Positions 1-15,820 of a DNA stretch of 64,000 nt are shown in pieces. The notes below the pieces were generated by a model. It made no database searches, was not told the DNA's origin, and worked only from the letters and a program-made list of their open reading frames with translations. Source of the stretch: the human T2T-CHM13v2.0 reference genome, Homo sapiens; assembly GCF_009914755.1 (NCBI RefSeq), contig NC_060937.1; one strand, 5' to 3'. The number at the start of each line of letters is the position of its first letter. The stretch's first letter is position 1. A program made the translations under genes and the position numbers.

Positions 1-838
1 AATGTGATCCCAGAGAAAAAGGTGTCAAAGGATGGAGCCAGTGCCTGAGCAGGAGGGAGGAAAGACAGGCCTTTGACAAGAGACAGGAGAGGCTGGTACA
101 GCTGCAGATGGGCTTGCAGAACTGAGCTTGGGAAGTCAAAGGAGCTCGCTTCTGGTATCTTCCATTTTCTTTGAGAAGCACAAGACTGGAATATTGTCTG
201 AGAATGTAGGTGACAGTAGTTTGAGGTTTGAAGAAAATGAAGACTGCACAAAAAAAGTCATTATGGAGATTGGGCTTAAAAGACTTTTTTTTTTTTGGCT
301 CAGAAGAATTTTTAAATTTCTAAACACATTCCTTTAAATGAAAGTTTTGAGGAGCATAACCATCTATTTGGAAATTATTAAGTGCTAGATAGATGTGAAA
401 AAAAAGTAAGGAGGCTAAATCAGTGAAACCTAAAGCCACATTTTGGACAAACTGCAAATATTTGAACACAAGGAAAGCCATTCTGCACATACCACCTCCC
501 AGAAGTTGTTCCTGAATTTCCCAAACAAAAGATGCGTTCATTTGTCTGGGTGCTCAGAGCTCTCCGTCCTTTCCATATTGTCCTTTGTGCTGCATCAGTC
601 CTAACAATCCACATATGCTTTCTCCACCTGCTAACCTGTAGGCACCTTAAAGGCTAAAGGCCACAGTCCATAGCTGAATTACATAGTGTGTCTTTCAAGA
701 AATGCTACCTTTGAAATGGTTACATAAATCTTATGTCAAAGAAGAAATGTTATCTGATTTATACAAATTGGCTTTATACACACTGAGGAAGACTCTCACG
801 GCATAAAGTGAGGCATGTTTGTAAGAACAAAGGGTTTC

Positions 839-1079
839 ATTGAGTACCCATGGACACAAAGAAGGGAACGATAGACGATGGAGCCTACTTGAGAGTCGGC
901 GGTGGGAGGAGGGTGAGGATCAAAAAACTACCTATTGGGTACTATGCTCACTGCCTGGGTGAGAAAATAATGAGAAAATAATATGTACACCAAACCCCAG
1001 TGACATGCAATTTACCCATGTAACTCACCTGCACATGTACTCCTGGAACCTAAAATAAAAGTTGGAGGGGGAAAAAAAA
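839..1079 (+). mobile_element. 5'-truncated L1 3' end (older L1PA/L1PB type)
   Basis: L1 3'UTR (gggaggagggtgaggatcaaaaaactacctattgggtact...aacctaaaataaaag), A tail, 16-bp TSD aagaacaaag(g/t)gtttc at 823-838 and 1078-1093. Confidence 0.9.
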
Positions 1080-3402
1080 GAACAAAGTGTTTCCAGAAAC
1101 ATCAGCATAGCAAATGGGTGGGCCACGCTTGGAAGCAAAGTGCTCTTTATGTGGGTCACATCACTACTCTACGATTTCAAGAGAGCCCTATGTAGCCAAG
1201 TATATTCAAGGAAATGAAACAACTCCCTCCCCCGCTCCTATTCTTCTTAGATACAAAAGACAGATAATTATCTAGAGTATTTCTCAATATGAACAAAATG
1301 GAAAAGTGACCTTTGAGTCTGTGACAGTCTATTCACGTCAGTGTTTTTAGCAGGAGCAAAGCAATGTCCAGGCTTAGGGAATGCCCACAGGAGCCAACTT
1401 CTGCTCTCCCTCACATTACATAGACCATAAATAAAAAGAAACAGTTTAACAGGCAGCCAGACCCAAATAGCTCATAGGCACCTCCTGGGAGTGATAAAAT
1501 TCTCCTGCTGGTAGACTTACATAAACCAAGATGCAATGAAATTTTTAAGGATATTCTCCTTGCTTAATAAACCTGAATGTTTTAAGCCTCAAAGATGGCT
1601 AGACTAAGACTAAGAGAGGAAATAAATCAGTCTAGCAAGAAAAAGCAATCATTCAGAGTGTTGGTAGATTAGCTGAAACATACAAGAGATCAAATTCAGT
1701 GATTTAAAAATCATGTACTTGCTAGTTAAAATGCCCATTTCTAGCTTTTTACCCATTTTAAAACACACTAAAAAGTTTTACCTAGTGATTTAGTTGCTTA
1801 ATGCTAAAACTGGGGCTTCTATCCAATCTCTGACTTGTTTATGTTCAAAACAGAACATACAATACATTTCAAAGTCTGAAATTTTTTACAGATTCATCTG
1901 TTGTTTGATGGCAATTAACAACAAAAAAAGCACTTTATCAGATAATAAGTCAATCCAGTTGTTCATCCTGATCGTAATAAAATCTTAGAGGCTTTTTTGG
2001 AAAGTGGTATTTCCAATTTATTAAAGCAAAGTACCCAGACCATTGTTTTGTTTGATTTTAAAAGAATAACACAAAAACGAAGAGGATGAGATAAAAAAAA
2101 AACTGGTAGAAGATTGTGGAATCAGTCTGAGAAGTCCTCCTATTCTGTCCTGATTTCCGATAACCACTGGGCTTATGAGAACTTGCTAAGACTGTGAAGC
2201 ACACATTCTATTCTAAATTACCCTTGTTTTGCTTCTCCTTTTAAAATCTTCAAGCACGCACCCTGAATGAAGACAAAGAATGAGGAGGACTGGCAGGATA
2301 GTTATGTTGTCTGTGGGCAAGATATGGCTAGCAGGGCTGGAGTGTTAGATATGGATAGCATGGCTGGGAGTGTTTTCTGGGAGAAAGGATGTCCTGGGGT
2401 AAACAACTAGAGCGAGAATTGCGGTGCTTAGAGCAAAAAGGAAATCTTAAAAATAAAACAAAAGCAATTAAAACTAAAATATTAATTTTATGACAACTAA
2501 TTAGTTTCCAAAATATTTAGAGAGTTGATGGTTTTTCAGAAAATTGCAATGCTAGTCCCAGTCAGGTAGATTATTTCACTTTGAAATCTCTTCAGAAATT
2601 TAATGCATGGGTAACTTGCCTAGGGTCATACATAGTATGTCTGGAGTTCTTTGGAATTCTGACTCTCCATATGTGTACTGGCTCAGCTTTTTGGCAAAGA
2701 GTTATTATAATGTCTACTACTGGTGAGGGGCCAGTACTGCTGAGGTGCTCATTATTAGTTTTAAGACGGCTGTTCTGCTCTTATCTATTAAGAGACACCA
2801 TGGGAATGATGTCTCCCCTGACAACCAGAGGATCTTAGGTAGGGAGGCAGCTGTGCTCATTTGTATTCATACTGCATGGTGTTCTTGAATGCATTATAAG
2901 TTTATAATGCAAAGAAGATTTTTATGGGAAAAAAAAAACAGTATGTGGGAGAAGTGGAAAACCTTTCCTTGGTATGCACGTGTTTTATATGACAAAATAT
3001 TCTGCATTTATATTTCTAAAACACCAGAGAGATTCTACAAATCTATCTTCTAAATAAAATAAGACAAACGGAAATCAAATGAATAACCAGTCGGTCATAT
3101 GTCTTGCTGTGCCTACAATAGTTCTGGTTAATGCCTGTTGTCTCAGCATAATTATTAAAATGATTCTTTTCAGTCTCATCAGCAGAATTATATGATCACC
3201 CTATAATAACTGGACATGTAGACATAACCCAGCCTCTTGGAGGAGTTAATTATACCATTTAGGTATTGAATTAAACTGTTTCTTGGCAGCAATCACCAAG
3301 GGCAACAGTGGGTTACACACATCTCACCATTTGATAGAAAGAAGCATACATGCTTGCCTATAAAATGTTTAAGACCATGGTAACAGCACTTTTGAAAATG
3401 CA

Positions 3403-4143
<741 letters not shown>

Positions 4144-5503
4144 TTAGCACATGACACACAATTTTCAGCTTTTTAAGGTCCTTCTATAGACTCTAGGCAA
4201 AGGTGATCCTGACAGCTAGGACCACTTAGCCCCAAATGCTGCTCAGCCTCAAGTTAATTCTGCTGTTGGTCCACTGTCTTCTCATACACTTATTGTCTAA
4301 ACTGCATTTTCTCTTGGGAATAAGCCCTCCACCTTGCATTTCCCTTCTAGTAACTGGGTCCCAATTTGGTTCCCTACTGCATGAACCTATATTTTGGTTC
4401 CTTGCTTTTTCCTTTCTCTATTTAGGGGCCTGTTTGTGTGATCCTGAACTTTTCCGATCTGGACTCCCAGCCATTGCCAGTCATCACACTCCTCACTCTC
4501 CATTTTGCTATCAAGGACTTTTCATCTCTGAATAGCTGTCACTTAGTACAATGCCTAGTGCATAGTAGATCCTCAATAAATAGTTGTCAAAGGAATCAAT
4601 AATGAATGAGAACTGAAGCTTCCTTCTCATTGACTGGAGCTGGTTTGCTTCCAAGTGCCACTTCTACCCTGCCACTTTCCACTATTAACAGGGCTTAGGG
4701 AGCTAACGTTGTTTGCATATGTTAGTCTTGGGTGAGTTAATACAGCCACAGAGCTTAATGAACGCCAGTGTAGTTGCTTGGTATGTCCCTTATGGGGCAG
4801 CTGCCTAGGGCTGTACAGGGTAGGTCTCAGCTGAGGCAGTGTGAGTGGAGCTGAAAGTCACACAATGCTCACATCACCAACACCAGGCTCTAAAGAAGGT
4901 AGCCAAAAGAAAGCAGCTCTTTCTGTTTTCTAACCGGTTTGCCCAGAGAGGTCCCACTTTGCAATCCATCCTCTCGGTGGGAGAGCCTTTTTCTAATTTC
5001 ATACAGTAGCTCATTTGTGTTGGAAGAGGCCCTAGCAGGGCTAACATTACCACAAGGAAACATAGTAAGTGAGTTTTTGGCAAGTGTATCTCTTAAGGAG
5101 CAAGCATCTGTGAAGGAGTGAATCTATTATCTCCTTTTTTCTTATTATAGGTAAAACCCAGTATCTTTCTCCTGTTAAGTTCATACAGACAGACTTCATT
5201 GAAATTTAAGGGCAACAATTTTAGCATGGTAGCTGACTACCCAGATTTTTTTTTAATTGTGCCATTATATTAAAGCAATTTTTCCCAGGGAAGCAAGGTG
5301 AACCCTCTTAGCTTGGAAGAACCCTTGGCTCTTTCAGAGGCTTTCCTCTTACGAGCCTCTAATCTACCTGTGAGACCTAGGCATCTTGTACCACCCCCGC
5401 CAAAAAAAAAAACCAGAGTGTAGAGAGGTAGTTTGCCTTGCCCATATGCACTTCTCTAGGATAATTAAATATATATTTTGTCTAGTCTTAGCAGATACAT
5501 GTA

Positions 5504-6108
5504 GAGCAGGTCCTTGAATAACATTTTGTTCAAGGACATTTCATTATAAAGTCAATGAGAAAAAACACAGATTCCCGGCCAGGGCCACTGTCTGTGTGGG
5601 GTCTGCACGTTTTCCCCATGCCTGTGTGTGTTTTCTCTAGCTACTCTGGTTTCCTCCCACATCCCAAAGCTGTGCACTTTAGGTTAACTGGTGTGTCTAC
5701 ATGGTCCCAGTGTGAGTGAGTGCAGGTGTGTTAGTGTGCCCCACGAGGCGGGGGATGGCCTCCTGTGCAAGGTGGGTTCCCCTGAGCCACCAGGATAGGC
5801 TCTGGCTAACTGCAGCCCTGAACTGGAGTAATTTGGTAAACAGTTATCTTACTTGTTTTCATTAATCTTTCTTAAATGTATATATAGCTTACACTGATTT
5901 CAGTGTTTACTATAAGGAGTGTTTTGGGTCTCTATTTAGAAGTTAGGTGATGTTTTTGTAACCAGAAATATGCTGTAGGAACTTAACTCTTGTTTATCCC
6001 AATTAGCCTATGGTAAAACTGGTTTCATTATTTATTGTTTCATTTAAAGTTTCCAAGAATAGTATAGTTTCCAAGAACCTGTTGACTATGTTAAGTGAGG
6101 ACTCACTG
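5504..6108 (+). mobile_element. MER6A (TcMar-Tigger non-autonomous DNA transposon)
   Basis: TA-flanked termini (g)agcaggtccttgaataac ... ttaagtgaggactcactg; internal ggtttcctcccacatcccaaag motif; about 605 bp. Confidence 0.85.
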
Positions 6109-6139
6109 TATTACTGCTACTCAAAAATTTCCTCTAAAC

Positions 6140-6360
6140 ATGGTTAAAAGCACAGACATTGGAACCAGTTTCCTTGAATTCAAACTCTGTCTTTGACACT
6201 TATTAACCGTGTAAGGCACTTCATCTGTAAAACAAGGATAGTAATGGCACCTACCTCATAGGGTCATTGTGGGGGTTAAAAATGTTAAATTCACATTATT
6301 ACTTAAGATAGTGCCTGGCCATACTAAATGCAATATGCATTATCTATCATTACTATTATT
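6140..6360 (+). mobile_element. MIR SINE
   Basis: Core ttcatctgtaaaacaaggatagtaatggcacctacctcatagggt and 3' gtgcctggc...tattatt. Confidence 0.8.
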
Positions 6361-6995
6361 TTAGGAGAGTGAAAAAGGTACTGCTTAGTACAAAACATTC
6401 ATTTTTCAGTAGAGATATGCCAGGTATGTATCATGTTAATATTAGCATTGGGAAAAAATAACTCCGGATTTTCATCAAGGATATTTTCTGAAGTTTGGGT
6501 TGTATGAGAATTCTACACTCTGTCCAATTCTTATAATAACACTCATGATCTGCTGTTCATTCATGACCTCACTCAGGAAGTTCAGTTTTGCTACAAATAT
6601 TACAAATACCAAACTGATGTTTCCTAACTCACTCAGTGTTCTGCCCAGATTGCGGCAGGCCCCTTTTTATGGCTCTGGCAGCTGATATTAGGACTTGATT
6701 ACTTCTGAACTCCTGAAAACATGTTTGCTGTCAGTTGCAAAAGAGGTGGCATGAGAGCGACTCAAAACATTTCCAGTATCATGACTGTTCCATGAAAGAC
6801 TTGAGAGAAATGGATACCTTAAAAAAACGAGAATAAATGTGCTGAAGTGCCAAGGAAAAGGCAGTTCTCTCTCTACTAGCTCCAATTTAGGATTTGCACT
6901 TCAATCTATACTTGCTCACTTGTGAAATTAAAAATCTTTTTTTTTAAATCACATAATATCAGATGTGACTTCTTCACTTACTTTTATTTTTCTAA

Positions 6996-7412
<417 letters not shown>

Positions 7413-7509
7413 TAGGGTTGAACAATGGAACCTAATCTGAATCATTAATTCATTCATGGATTCATTCAGTGAGTAATGATGATGAGTGACGACCACGTGC
7501 CGGTGCCCT

Positions 7510-7730
7510 GATGTTTACAGTCTAGGCATTTTAAATATACTACTTCTGATATTCATAATTCTCCATATTAGGTATTATTTCTACTTTGCAGGACAGGAAA
7601 CTAAGGCTTAGAGATGTATAGCAACATACTCATTATCACATAGTTATTAATTGGAGGAGCCAGGATTGAAATCTCAGTCCATCTCCTTCTAAAACCCAGG
7701 TTTATCAGATTTTTTTTTTACTACATTACA
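7510..7730 (-). mobile_element. MIR SINE
   Basis: Antisense core ttgcaggacaggaaactaaggcttagaga; boundaries approximate. Confidence 0.65.
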
Positions 7731-8816
7731 CTGGCTATAAACAATGAATGTATTCTTGATAGTACAAAATTCAATGTTTTATAAAGCATATCATGGTTTA
7801 GGAAAGCAAGAAATATGCCTGAAAGGCAAGCATTTTTCCTTTTTAATATATATCAGATTTATAGAAAGCACTGTATACATCAGTAAATAAGACATTAGAT
7901 TAAAGGGCTAGCATATCTTTCAGAAGGTTAGTAAAATACTGTATTTATGTATGGTCTGAACTGCATCATACCAGACAATCCTGAACATGATCTGCAGACT
8001 CAATGCTTGCCCTAGTGGCTCACGTCTGAAAATGTCACTTACTGGCCACAGGACATTGGGTGTACTATGTAATCTGTTTGAAAATCTGTTTCTTCATCTA
8101 TAAAATGGGACTATCATCATTCTATCACATAGGAAGCTACAAAGAGAAAATGGAGAGATACATGTAGAATACTTAACAGTGATGGGCAGGCTTCAGTACC
8201 TTACCTTTTCCTCACATATTACACACACAGCTTTACTAACAGTAGCAGTAAAGTACATCTCTGTTTATCATTTACACAGAAAAAAAGAGCTCCAATGGAA
8301 ATGCCCCAGAACATGAAGATCACTGACTTTGATGGCCTGCCTGTGGTAAAACTTAGGATATAAATGAGGATCAGAAGCTTTTGGGAGACATTTTCTGGAT
8401 GTGTCAGGTTTAGCGTGACTAAAGAAGGGTTTGAATATAATCCCTAAACTACAAGTAATCTTCCACTTATGCATATTAGGTAAGGATAAATGAACAGTTA
8501 CATTAACACACAGAGCATATCTACAAACAAATAAGATTTTCTTAAATACATTAGAATGTGTTCATTTAAAAGACTTATTTGAAAAAAATAAAAAGAATTT
8601 TAAAAGGTTGTTATTTGACATTGTCACTCTGAATGCATATATATTTATTTCATTCATTTGACAAATGCTTACTGAGTGTCCAGTAAGTTCAGGGCACTGT
8701 GCTAGCATTGGGCATATGCTGATACACAAAACAGCAATGGTTTTTTCCCTTCAAAATCAGCTTTGAAACCATGAGTAGAATCAGTCACATTATTTACTGA
8801 TAAATATACATCGCTA

Positions 8817-9145
<329 letters not shown>

Positions 9146-10026
9146 CTAAAGCCTAAGCTCATCATAAAACCCACCACCTAGGAGAAAATATTAAATGATG
9201 CATGTCTTGGAGAATCAACGTAGTTAGCAGAGGAGAGCTTTCCTAACACAATAGAAAAATGCCTTTGGACGGTGTCGGTAGTCCCCTCAGTAAAGTGTCT
9301 CACACTTCCTGAATCTGATCACTGGTAATAATGATGATAAAAAAAGATTTCCTTTTTTTAGCATTGGAAAAAACCCTACCCAAATAATTTTTGGAAGCTT
9401 GAGATTACATTATTTATCTGGTTCAGGTTTTAAAAATATTTCTGATTTTTTTCTGCCAAAATCCAAGCCCTCTTTCCTCATACAGAACAACTTAGATTTC
9501 TGAAATAGTTCTTCCCTTGACATTACTTGGGAGGTGGGCATTATTTCCCCAGAAAAGTAAACAAGGGAATAAAAACAAGGTGACTCAAAGGATGAGGAAG
9601 TATGTTTTTGTAGAGAACAAAAGATCCTTTCACAGTATGTCAAAGACTTAACTGTGAACTTTCCCGAATGTAAACACTGTTCAAATGGCAAAAGGAATTT
9701 CATCTATGTCTATAAAAGGTCCTGAACAATAGCTCTTGCTTGAAGCTACTTTTGACGGGGCCGTAAAATAATCTTTTCTTCAAATACTTTACATACAGAC
9801 CTACAAAAACTTTTTCATCTTCTCAGGAGACATACAATTATAATTACCTTCATAATAGCAACAATAACACATAGAAGCACGGTACTGCTAAAGGCAATTA
9901 ATGTCATAAATTATAAGCAGCATCATTTATGCTTAGAGTCTTCAGGAATAAAGAAATGCTTTAAGAGATAGTTTAAAATATTAGGCTAATGGTTTCCATT
10001 TAGCCTAAGAATTTAAAACTTATAGG

Positions 10027-10330
10027 GGCTGAGTACGGTGGCTCATGCCTGTAATCCCAGCATTTTGGGAGGCCAAGGCGGGTGGATCACATGAGGCCAG
10101 GAGTTCGATACCAGCTTGGCCAACATGGTGAAACCTCGTCTCTACTAAAAATCCAAAAAGTAGCTGGGCGTGGTGGGGGGGTGCCTGTAATCCCAGCTAC
10201 TTGGGAGGCTGAGGCACGAGAATCACTTGAACCCGGGAGGCGGAGTTGCAGTGAGCTGAGATTGCGCCACTGCAGTCCAGCCTGGGTGATGGGGGAGACT
10301 CTGTCTCAACAACAATAACAACAACAAAAA
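10027..10330 (+). mobile_element. AluS element with (CAA)n-type tail
   Basis: Full dimer; tail caacaacaataacaacaacaaaaa. Confidence 0.93.
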
Positions 10331-11324
10331 CATAGGGCAGTAGATTTCTTTAAACAGATTTCATTATGATTACAAAAAAGGAATATTAATATTTTAAACC
10401 AAAAGGAATTATGAGATATCAGTTAGCTAAAATAAATATTTAACTTTTCCTACTTTAAAGTTTTACTCTTTACAAACCTCCTAGTTTTAATAATTGTAAA
10501 ATGAACACTAGTAATTATTTAATGACAAGAATATGTCCTATAGTAAAATGCAAAGGAATAAATAGGTTTATTTGCTGTATTAGATGAATAATATATGAAT
10601 TATAGTCAGGCAGATAATAATATTATCTGTATTTCTGGTGAGGTAGTTTTACTTCGTGTTTCTTTGTGAATCATTTTGATTAGAGTAGATTTTTCCATTA
10701 GTATTTTGAGTATTGATCATTTTTGTTTAGTACTGTTAGTATTCATCACAAGTTGATTGTTTTTTCATTTCCAAAGGTTTATTGCTGGGGGGTGAGGGGA
10801 GAATGTTATTTTTTTCTACTGAAATGCACCTCTAACTTTATAATATCTGGTAATGGTGAAACAGAATTCACTTCTAGTAACAAGACCTAAGCCACAGAAT
10901 TTCAGAGTTGGAAGAAAATATGCTGGATACTTTAGGCCCACATTCAGCCTCACTCTGAGAAGGGCAGCATTCCACCACCAGGGGTAGCTTGCACAAGTTA
11001 GGTACAAATTTAAGTGATCACTGCAACACGTGTTGTGCCTTTACAAAGCTGGCTGGGACGGGAAATAATCTAATTCCTTGGATTGTTCATTGTAATTTAC
11101 GTTAAGTTATGAACCTAGTATTAGCCCCTCCCCTTCAAAGGGTCATTATACATACTCAACAAGTTTTCTAAATTTTAAAGTTAATTCGGTAGCTCTTTAT
11201 AAATTTTAAAATTAGTTCACCATATAATCTTTAATCTATAATAGATAATAGGAGAAATCTATAATCTTTCTATTATTGTACAGATTTATTATCATAAATA
11301 ATAATATTGTATACTTATATACTA

Positions 11325-11530
11325 CTTTACAGTTCACAAAATGCTTGAACATGTTATCTCATTTGGGTTTTACAACAATCCTGTGAGGTAGCTGCTATAG
11401 TCAGTTCTATTTTACAGATGGGGAAATGGAGCTTCAGAGAGGTTAAATGATAGCCTAAGATCACTGGATAGAACTTGGAATCAAACTTGGTTTTGGCTAC
11501 CTGGCTCAGAGGTGTTTATTCCATAGCCAC
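11325..11530 (-). mobile_element. MIR SINE
   Basis: ttttacagatggggaaatggagcttcagagaggttaaatga core. Confidence 0.8.
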
Positions 11531-11734
11531 AAACTAACAAGCGTAGAAACATGAACCAGGGTGGGATTGATCCCTATTTGATTCTTTGCCAACCTAGGCA
11601 ATAGTCACTAGTGAAGAGTGAGCTCATTTACAGATACAAAAGGCTCAGCCTGGAAAACTCCAAAGGATTCTCCAGTTTTATCATCCCTCTGAGGGACCTC
11701 GTAAAAGCTTTAAATAGCCAAATTAATTGTACAT

Positions 11735-12065
11735 CCATTTACTGATTTACTGATTCATCAAGAATTTATTGAAATCTGACCAGGTGTCAGGCTCCTAGGT
11801 GGGTGCTGGGGGTGCCAGCCTAAGTGGGACATACACTCTGCTCTGGGGGAACTTGCCCTTCTGACACATGTCAAAGTCAGAGATCACAGCATGATCAAGG
11901 CATAGGGATGCCGAGGAGGGAGGGATGTGTTTTGCTGAGGGTAGACAGGCTGCATCCAAGGAGGGCTTAGGGAGACATTGGCATGCAGCCTTAAAGGAAG
12001 AGACACAGGAGTGTGTATGGGCATTCCAGGCAGGGGCCAATGTGAGTGAAGGTGTGGGGTCTGAT
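11735..12065 (-). mobile_element. L2 3' fragment
   Basis: ttcatcaagaatttattga...aggctcctaggtgggtgctgggg antisense L2 tail; boundaries approximate. Confidence 0.6.
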
Positions 12066-12169
12066 AAGGCATATTTAAGGGGTGTGTGGACACTGCTTTA
12101 GCTTCATTCTTCTCATTCTTACAACCAGAGGATTTTGCTTTGTCACTCATAAAATGCGTAATAAATATA

Positions 12170-12452
12170 AACAGAAACCAAAACAACATGGTACTGGTAC
12201 AAAAACAGATACATAGACCAATGGAACATGTGAGAGAAGCCAGAAACAAAGCCACACACCTACAGCCATCTGATCTTTGACAAAGCCAACAAAAAAAAAA
12301 GCAATGGGGAAAGGATTGAGGATTGCTTTGACTATTGAGGCTCTCTTTTGGTTCCATACAAATTGTAAAATAGCTTTTCCTAATTTTGTGAAAAATGACA
12401 TTGGTAGTTTGACAGGAATAGCATTGTATCTGTAAATTGCTTTGGACAGTAT
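12170..12452. mobile_element. Two L1 ORF2 fragments in opposite orientation
   Basis: 12170-12318 (+) encodes the [14 protein letters not shown]-like segment; 12319-12452 (-) encodes [17 protein letters not shown]...KAIL. Confidence 0.88.
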
Positions 12453-12585
12453 CTCCTTTATTTTCCCCCTTTCCTTCCCTCTGATTTCAGGAGATTCCAT
12501 TTAAAAAAATTATCTTAGAGTGAGAATATAATAGTGTAGAAAGCAGAGGTAGACTGCCCATCTTTTTGGCTTTTGTATTCCAAAC

Positions 12586-12903
12586 CAGGAGTTGGCAAAC
12601 TTTTCTATAAAAAGCCACGTAGTAAATATTTTAGGCTTTACAGGCCATATGGTCTTTGTTGCAACTACTCAACTGTGCCTTTGTAGTGCAAAAGCAGACA
12701 CAGACAATACATAAATGAATGAGTGTAGCTGTGTTTCAATAAAACTTTATGGACACCAAAATTTGAATTTCATAAAATTTTCATATGCCATGAAATATAA
12801 TTATTTTTATCAACTGATTTTTTCCAACTGTTAAAGTTTTTTTTCCAAAAAAATCTTAGTTTGTGGGCCTACAGAAAAAGGTGGTGCAATTTGCCAGTCC
12901 CTG
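12586..12903. mobile_element. MER58B (hAT-Charlie)
   Basis: TIRs caggagttggcaaac / tttgccagtccctg and MER58 internal sequence. Confidence 0.85.
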
Positions 12904-14354
12904 TTTTAATTGCTTAGGGAACCTAAGGGACTCTTCTAGAGCTTGTAAGCAAATTTAGCAACACAGGAAAGCCTGGAAGAGAATGGGGCTTCATTTCTCA
13001 ATCCTGCTCCACCCTGGTGTGAGAAAAGAGATATCAGCAGGTCCTGCCATCCCACAAATGTGTGTACTGTCATTACTCCCAGTGTGAAACATTCTGAATT
13101 TGCTGCTAAAATTTCAAATTAATGAGATTTCACTTAAAAATCTAGATTTTGGTCTTCTCTTGAAAATGGGAGGATAAGGCCAAATTGGGGCCAGATTCTC
13201 ACATGGCAACAGCTAGGTAGTGACTGCCTTCCTATATGGGGCACAACTTCCTGTTCACCTGAGACCCTCCTGGCCTGTGTCCCCATCCACATTGCCTGTC
13301 TGGCACCTATAAGCATTTAGTCTAAATTCTACTAAGCAGAGACATCTGTTTTCTTCTCTAAGGGCACAACTTCCATTAAAACTAATCTTTTGGTCCTAGG
13401 GAAGCCACATGGGGAAGAGGCATACAAACACGGGCTTCTGAGTTAGATAAACCTAGGCTGAAATCTCAGCTTTGTTCTTTGTTAGCAGAGTGAGCCTGGA
13501 CAAATTACTTACTCCCAACCTCAGAATGGGAGCAATAATATATACACCTGAAATGGTGGTTGTAATGATCATGTGAGAGAATGTATCAGAAGCAGCTAGC
13601 ACATACTCAGCAGTTAATTAAAAGAAGAATCACTACAATGGAGAAGTTCTTTGATGTGTATCTTTTAGTTTTAGACCCTGTATTCATTGTTGCCTTTTGT
13701 GGAAGGACCTGAAGGATGAGCTTACAATCTACCTTATTTTATAAAAAAAAAGAAATTAAGGCCCAGAGAGGTGAAATGACTACTTAAAACCAACTAGTGA
13801 TGGAACCAGAAAGAGGATTTGGGTTTCTTAATTTTTAGTCAGAGGAAATTTCTCTGTGCTACAATACCTCACTAAAATTTCTGAATTCTTTCATAAAAGC
13901 CTTTCATTTGATAGCCAAAAGATCTTCTGATAGAAAGGACATTGACTCAAGATTTCTGGCTAGCCTAGTGACGATGCTTTTATATTACAACTTCCAAATA
14001 TAGTGAAATGACAAGAATTTGTCATTAGTTGTTGAAGTTCCAGTATTTATTTGAAATACTCCTGTTCTAAGCTCACCGACACCCTCCTGTGGTCAGTGGA
14101 AATAATAATTCCAGTCAAACAAACAAGAAAAATCTGGAGCTATTTAAAGTTAATGGTTAAATGTAACAAGATAGATAGATGTCAAATAACATAATACAAA
14201 TTCACTATAATTACATTATTTTAGGTCCTAGCCATTGCACAGAGCAAAGATTACTTGTCTATCTCTGACCAAATCTTTAATGAGATTGATAGATTATAAT
14301 GGATGTTTTCCTTAGGGCTTGTTCACAATAAAACTGCCTGTTATAAATTAATGT

Positions 14355-15180
14355 AAAAAAATCAGTAGTATTTCTATATACCAGTAACGTCCAAGCTGAA
14401 GGCCAAATCAAGAACACAATCCCATTCACAATAGCCACAAACAGAATAAAATACCTAAGAATACAGCTAATCAGCGAGATAAAAGATTTCTACAAATTAC
14501 AGAACTACAAAATACTGCTGAAAGAAATCAGAGATAACGCAGACAAATAGAAAAACATTCTATGCTCATGGATAGGAAGAATCAGTATTGTTAAAATGGC
14601 CACACTGCCCAAAGCAATTTATAGATTCAATACTATTCCTATCAAACTACCATTGGCATTCTTCATAGAATTAGAAAAAACTATTTTACAATTCATATGG
14701 AACCAAAAAAAGAGCCTGAATAGCCAAAGCAATCCTAAGTAAAAAGAACAAAGCTGGAGGCATCAAATTATCCAACTTCAAACTATACTACAAGGCTACA
14801 GTAACCAAAACAGCACCATACTGGTACAAAAACAGACACATAGACCAATGGAACAGAATAGAGAACCCAGAAACAAAGTTGCCCACCTATAGCCATATGA
14901 TTCTCGACAAAGTCAACAAAAACAAGCAATGGGGAAAGAACTCTACTCAATAAGTGGTGCTGGGATAAGTAGCTGGCCGTATGCAGAAGATTGAAACTGG
15001 ACCTCTTCCTTTTACTACATACAGAAATAAACTCAAAATGGATTAAAGACTTAAATCTAAGACCTAAAACTATAACAACCTAGAAGAAAACTAGGAAATA
15101 CCATTCTGGACATCAGCCTTGGCAAAGAATTTATGACTAGGTCCCCAAAAGCAATTGCAACAAAAACAAAAATTGACTCA
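14355..15180 (+). mobile_element. L1 ORF2 fragment (L1PA/PB type), disrupted
   Basis: Continuous ORF2 homology (aaatcagtag...aacaaaaattgac) with stops and frameshifts. Confidence 0.9.
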
Positions 15181-15513
15181 TAAAAACAAACACACACACA
15201 AAGGGAGAAGAGAACACACTCTGTTACCTTAGAATGCCAACTAATAAATGTCAAAGGAATACTGGAATCAGAAAAATCACCACTTTGCAACTATAGTGAT
15301 AATAACTGATTCAAGCAAGAATCATGAACAGATGATAAAATTAATGGATGAAAGTTTGATGAAACAAGATTCACATCATCTTCAAATATATGCCCACAAA
15401 ACACATTATAAAGGAAAAAATAGTAATGTCACAGTGGAGACATCACCCTAACCAAATGTTCAAAGTTAACATCACCAGCAATGGGACAAATTGACATCAT
15501 GTGTCACCTAGTA

Positions 15514-15820
15514 GAGCAGTCCCCAACATTTTTGGCCCCAGGACCTGGTTTCGTGGAACAATTTTTCCAGGGACAGGGTAGAGGGAATGGTTTCAGGATA
15601 AAACTGTTCCACGTCAGATCATCAGGCATTAGATTCTCATAAGGAGGACACAATTTACATTCCTCGCATGCACAGTTCACACAAGAGGGTTCACGCTCCT
15701 GTGAGAATCTACTGCTGCTGGCGAGCTGCTGGTCTGACAGGAGACAGCACTCTGGTGATGATGATCACCTGCCAGCTCCTCACTTCTTGCTGTGTGGGCC
15801 TGGGGCACTGGGGACTCCTG
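15514..15820. mobile_element. MER1B (hAT-Charlie)
   Basis: gtccccaacatttttggc...agatcatcaggcattagattctcataagga...ggggactcctg. Confidence 0.85.
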
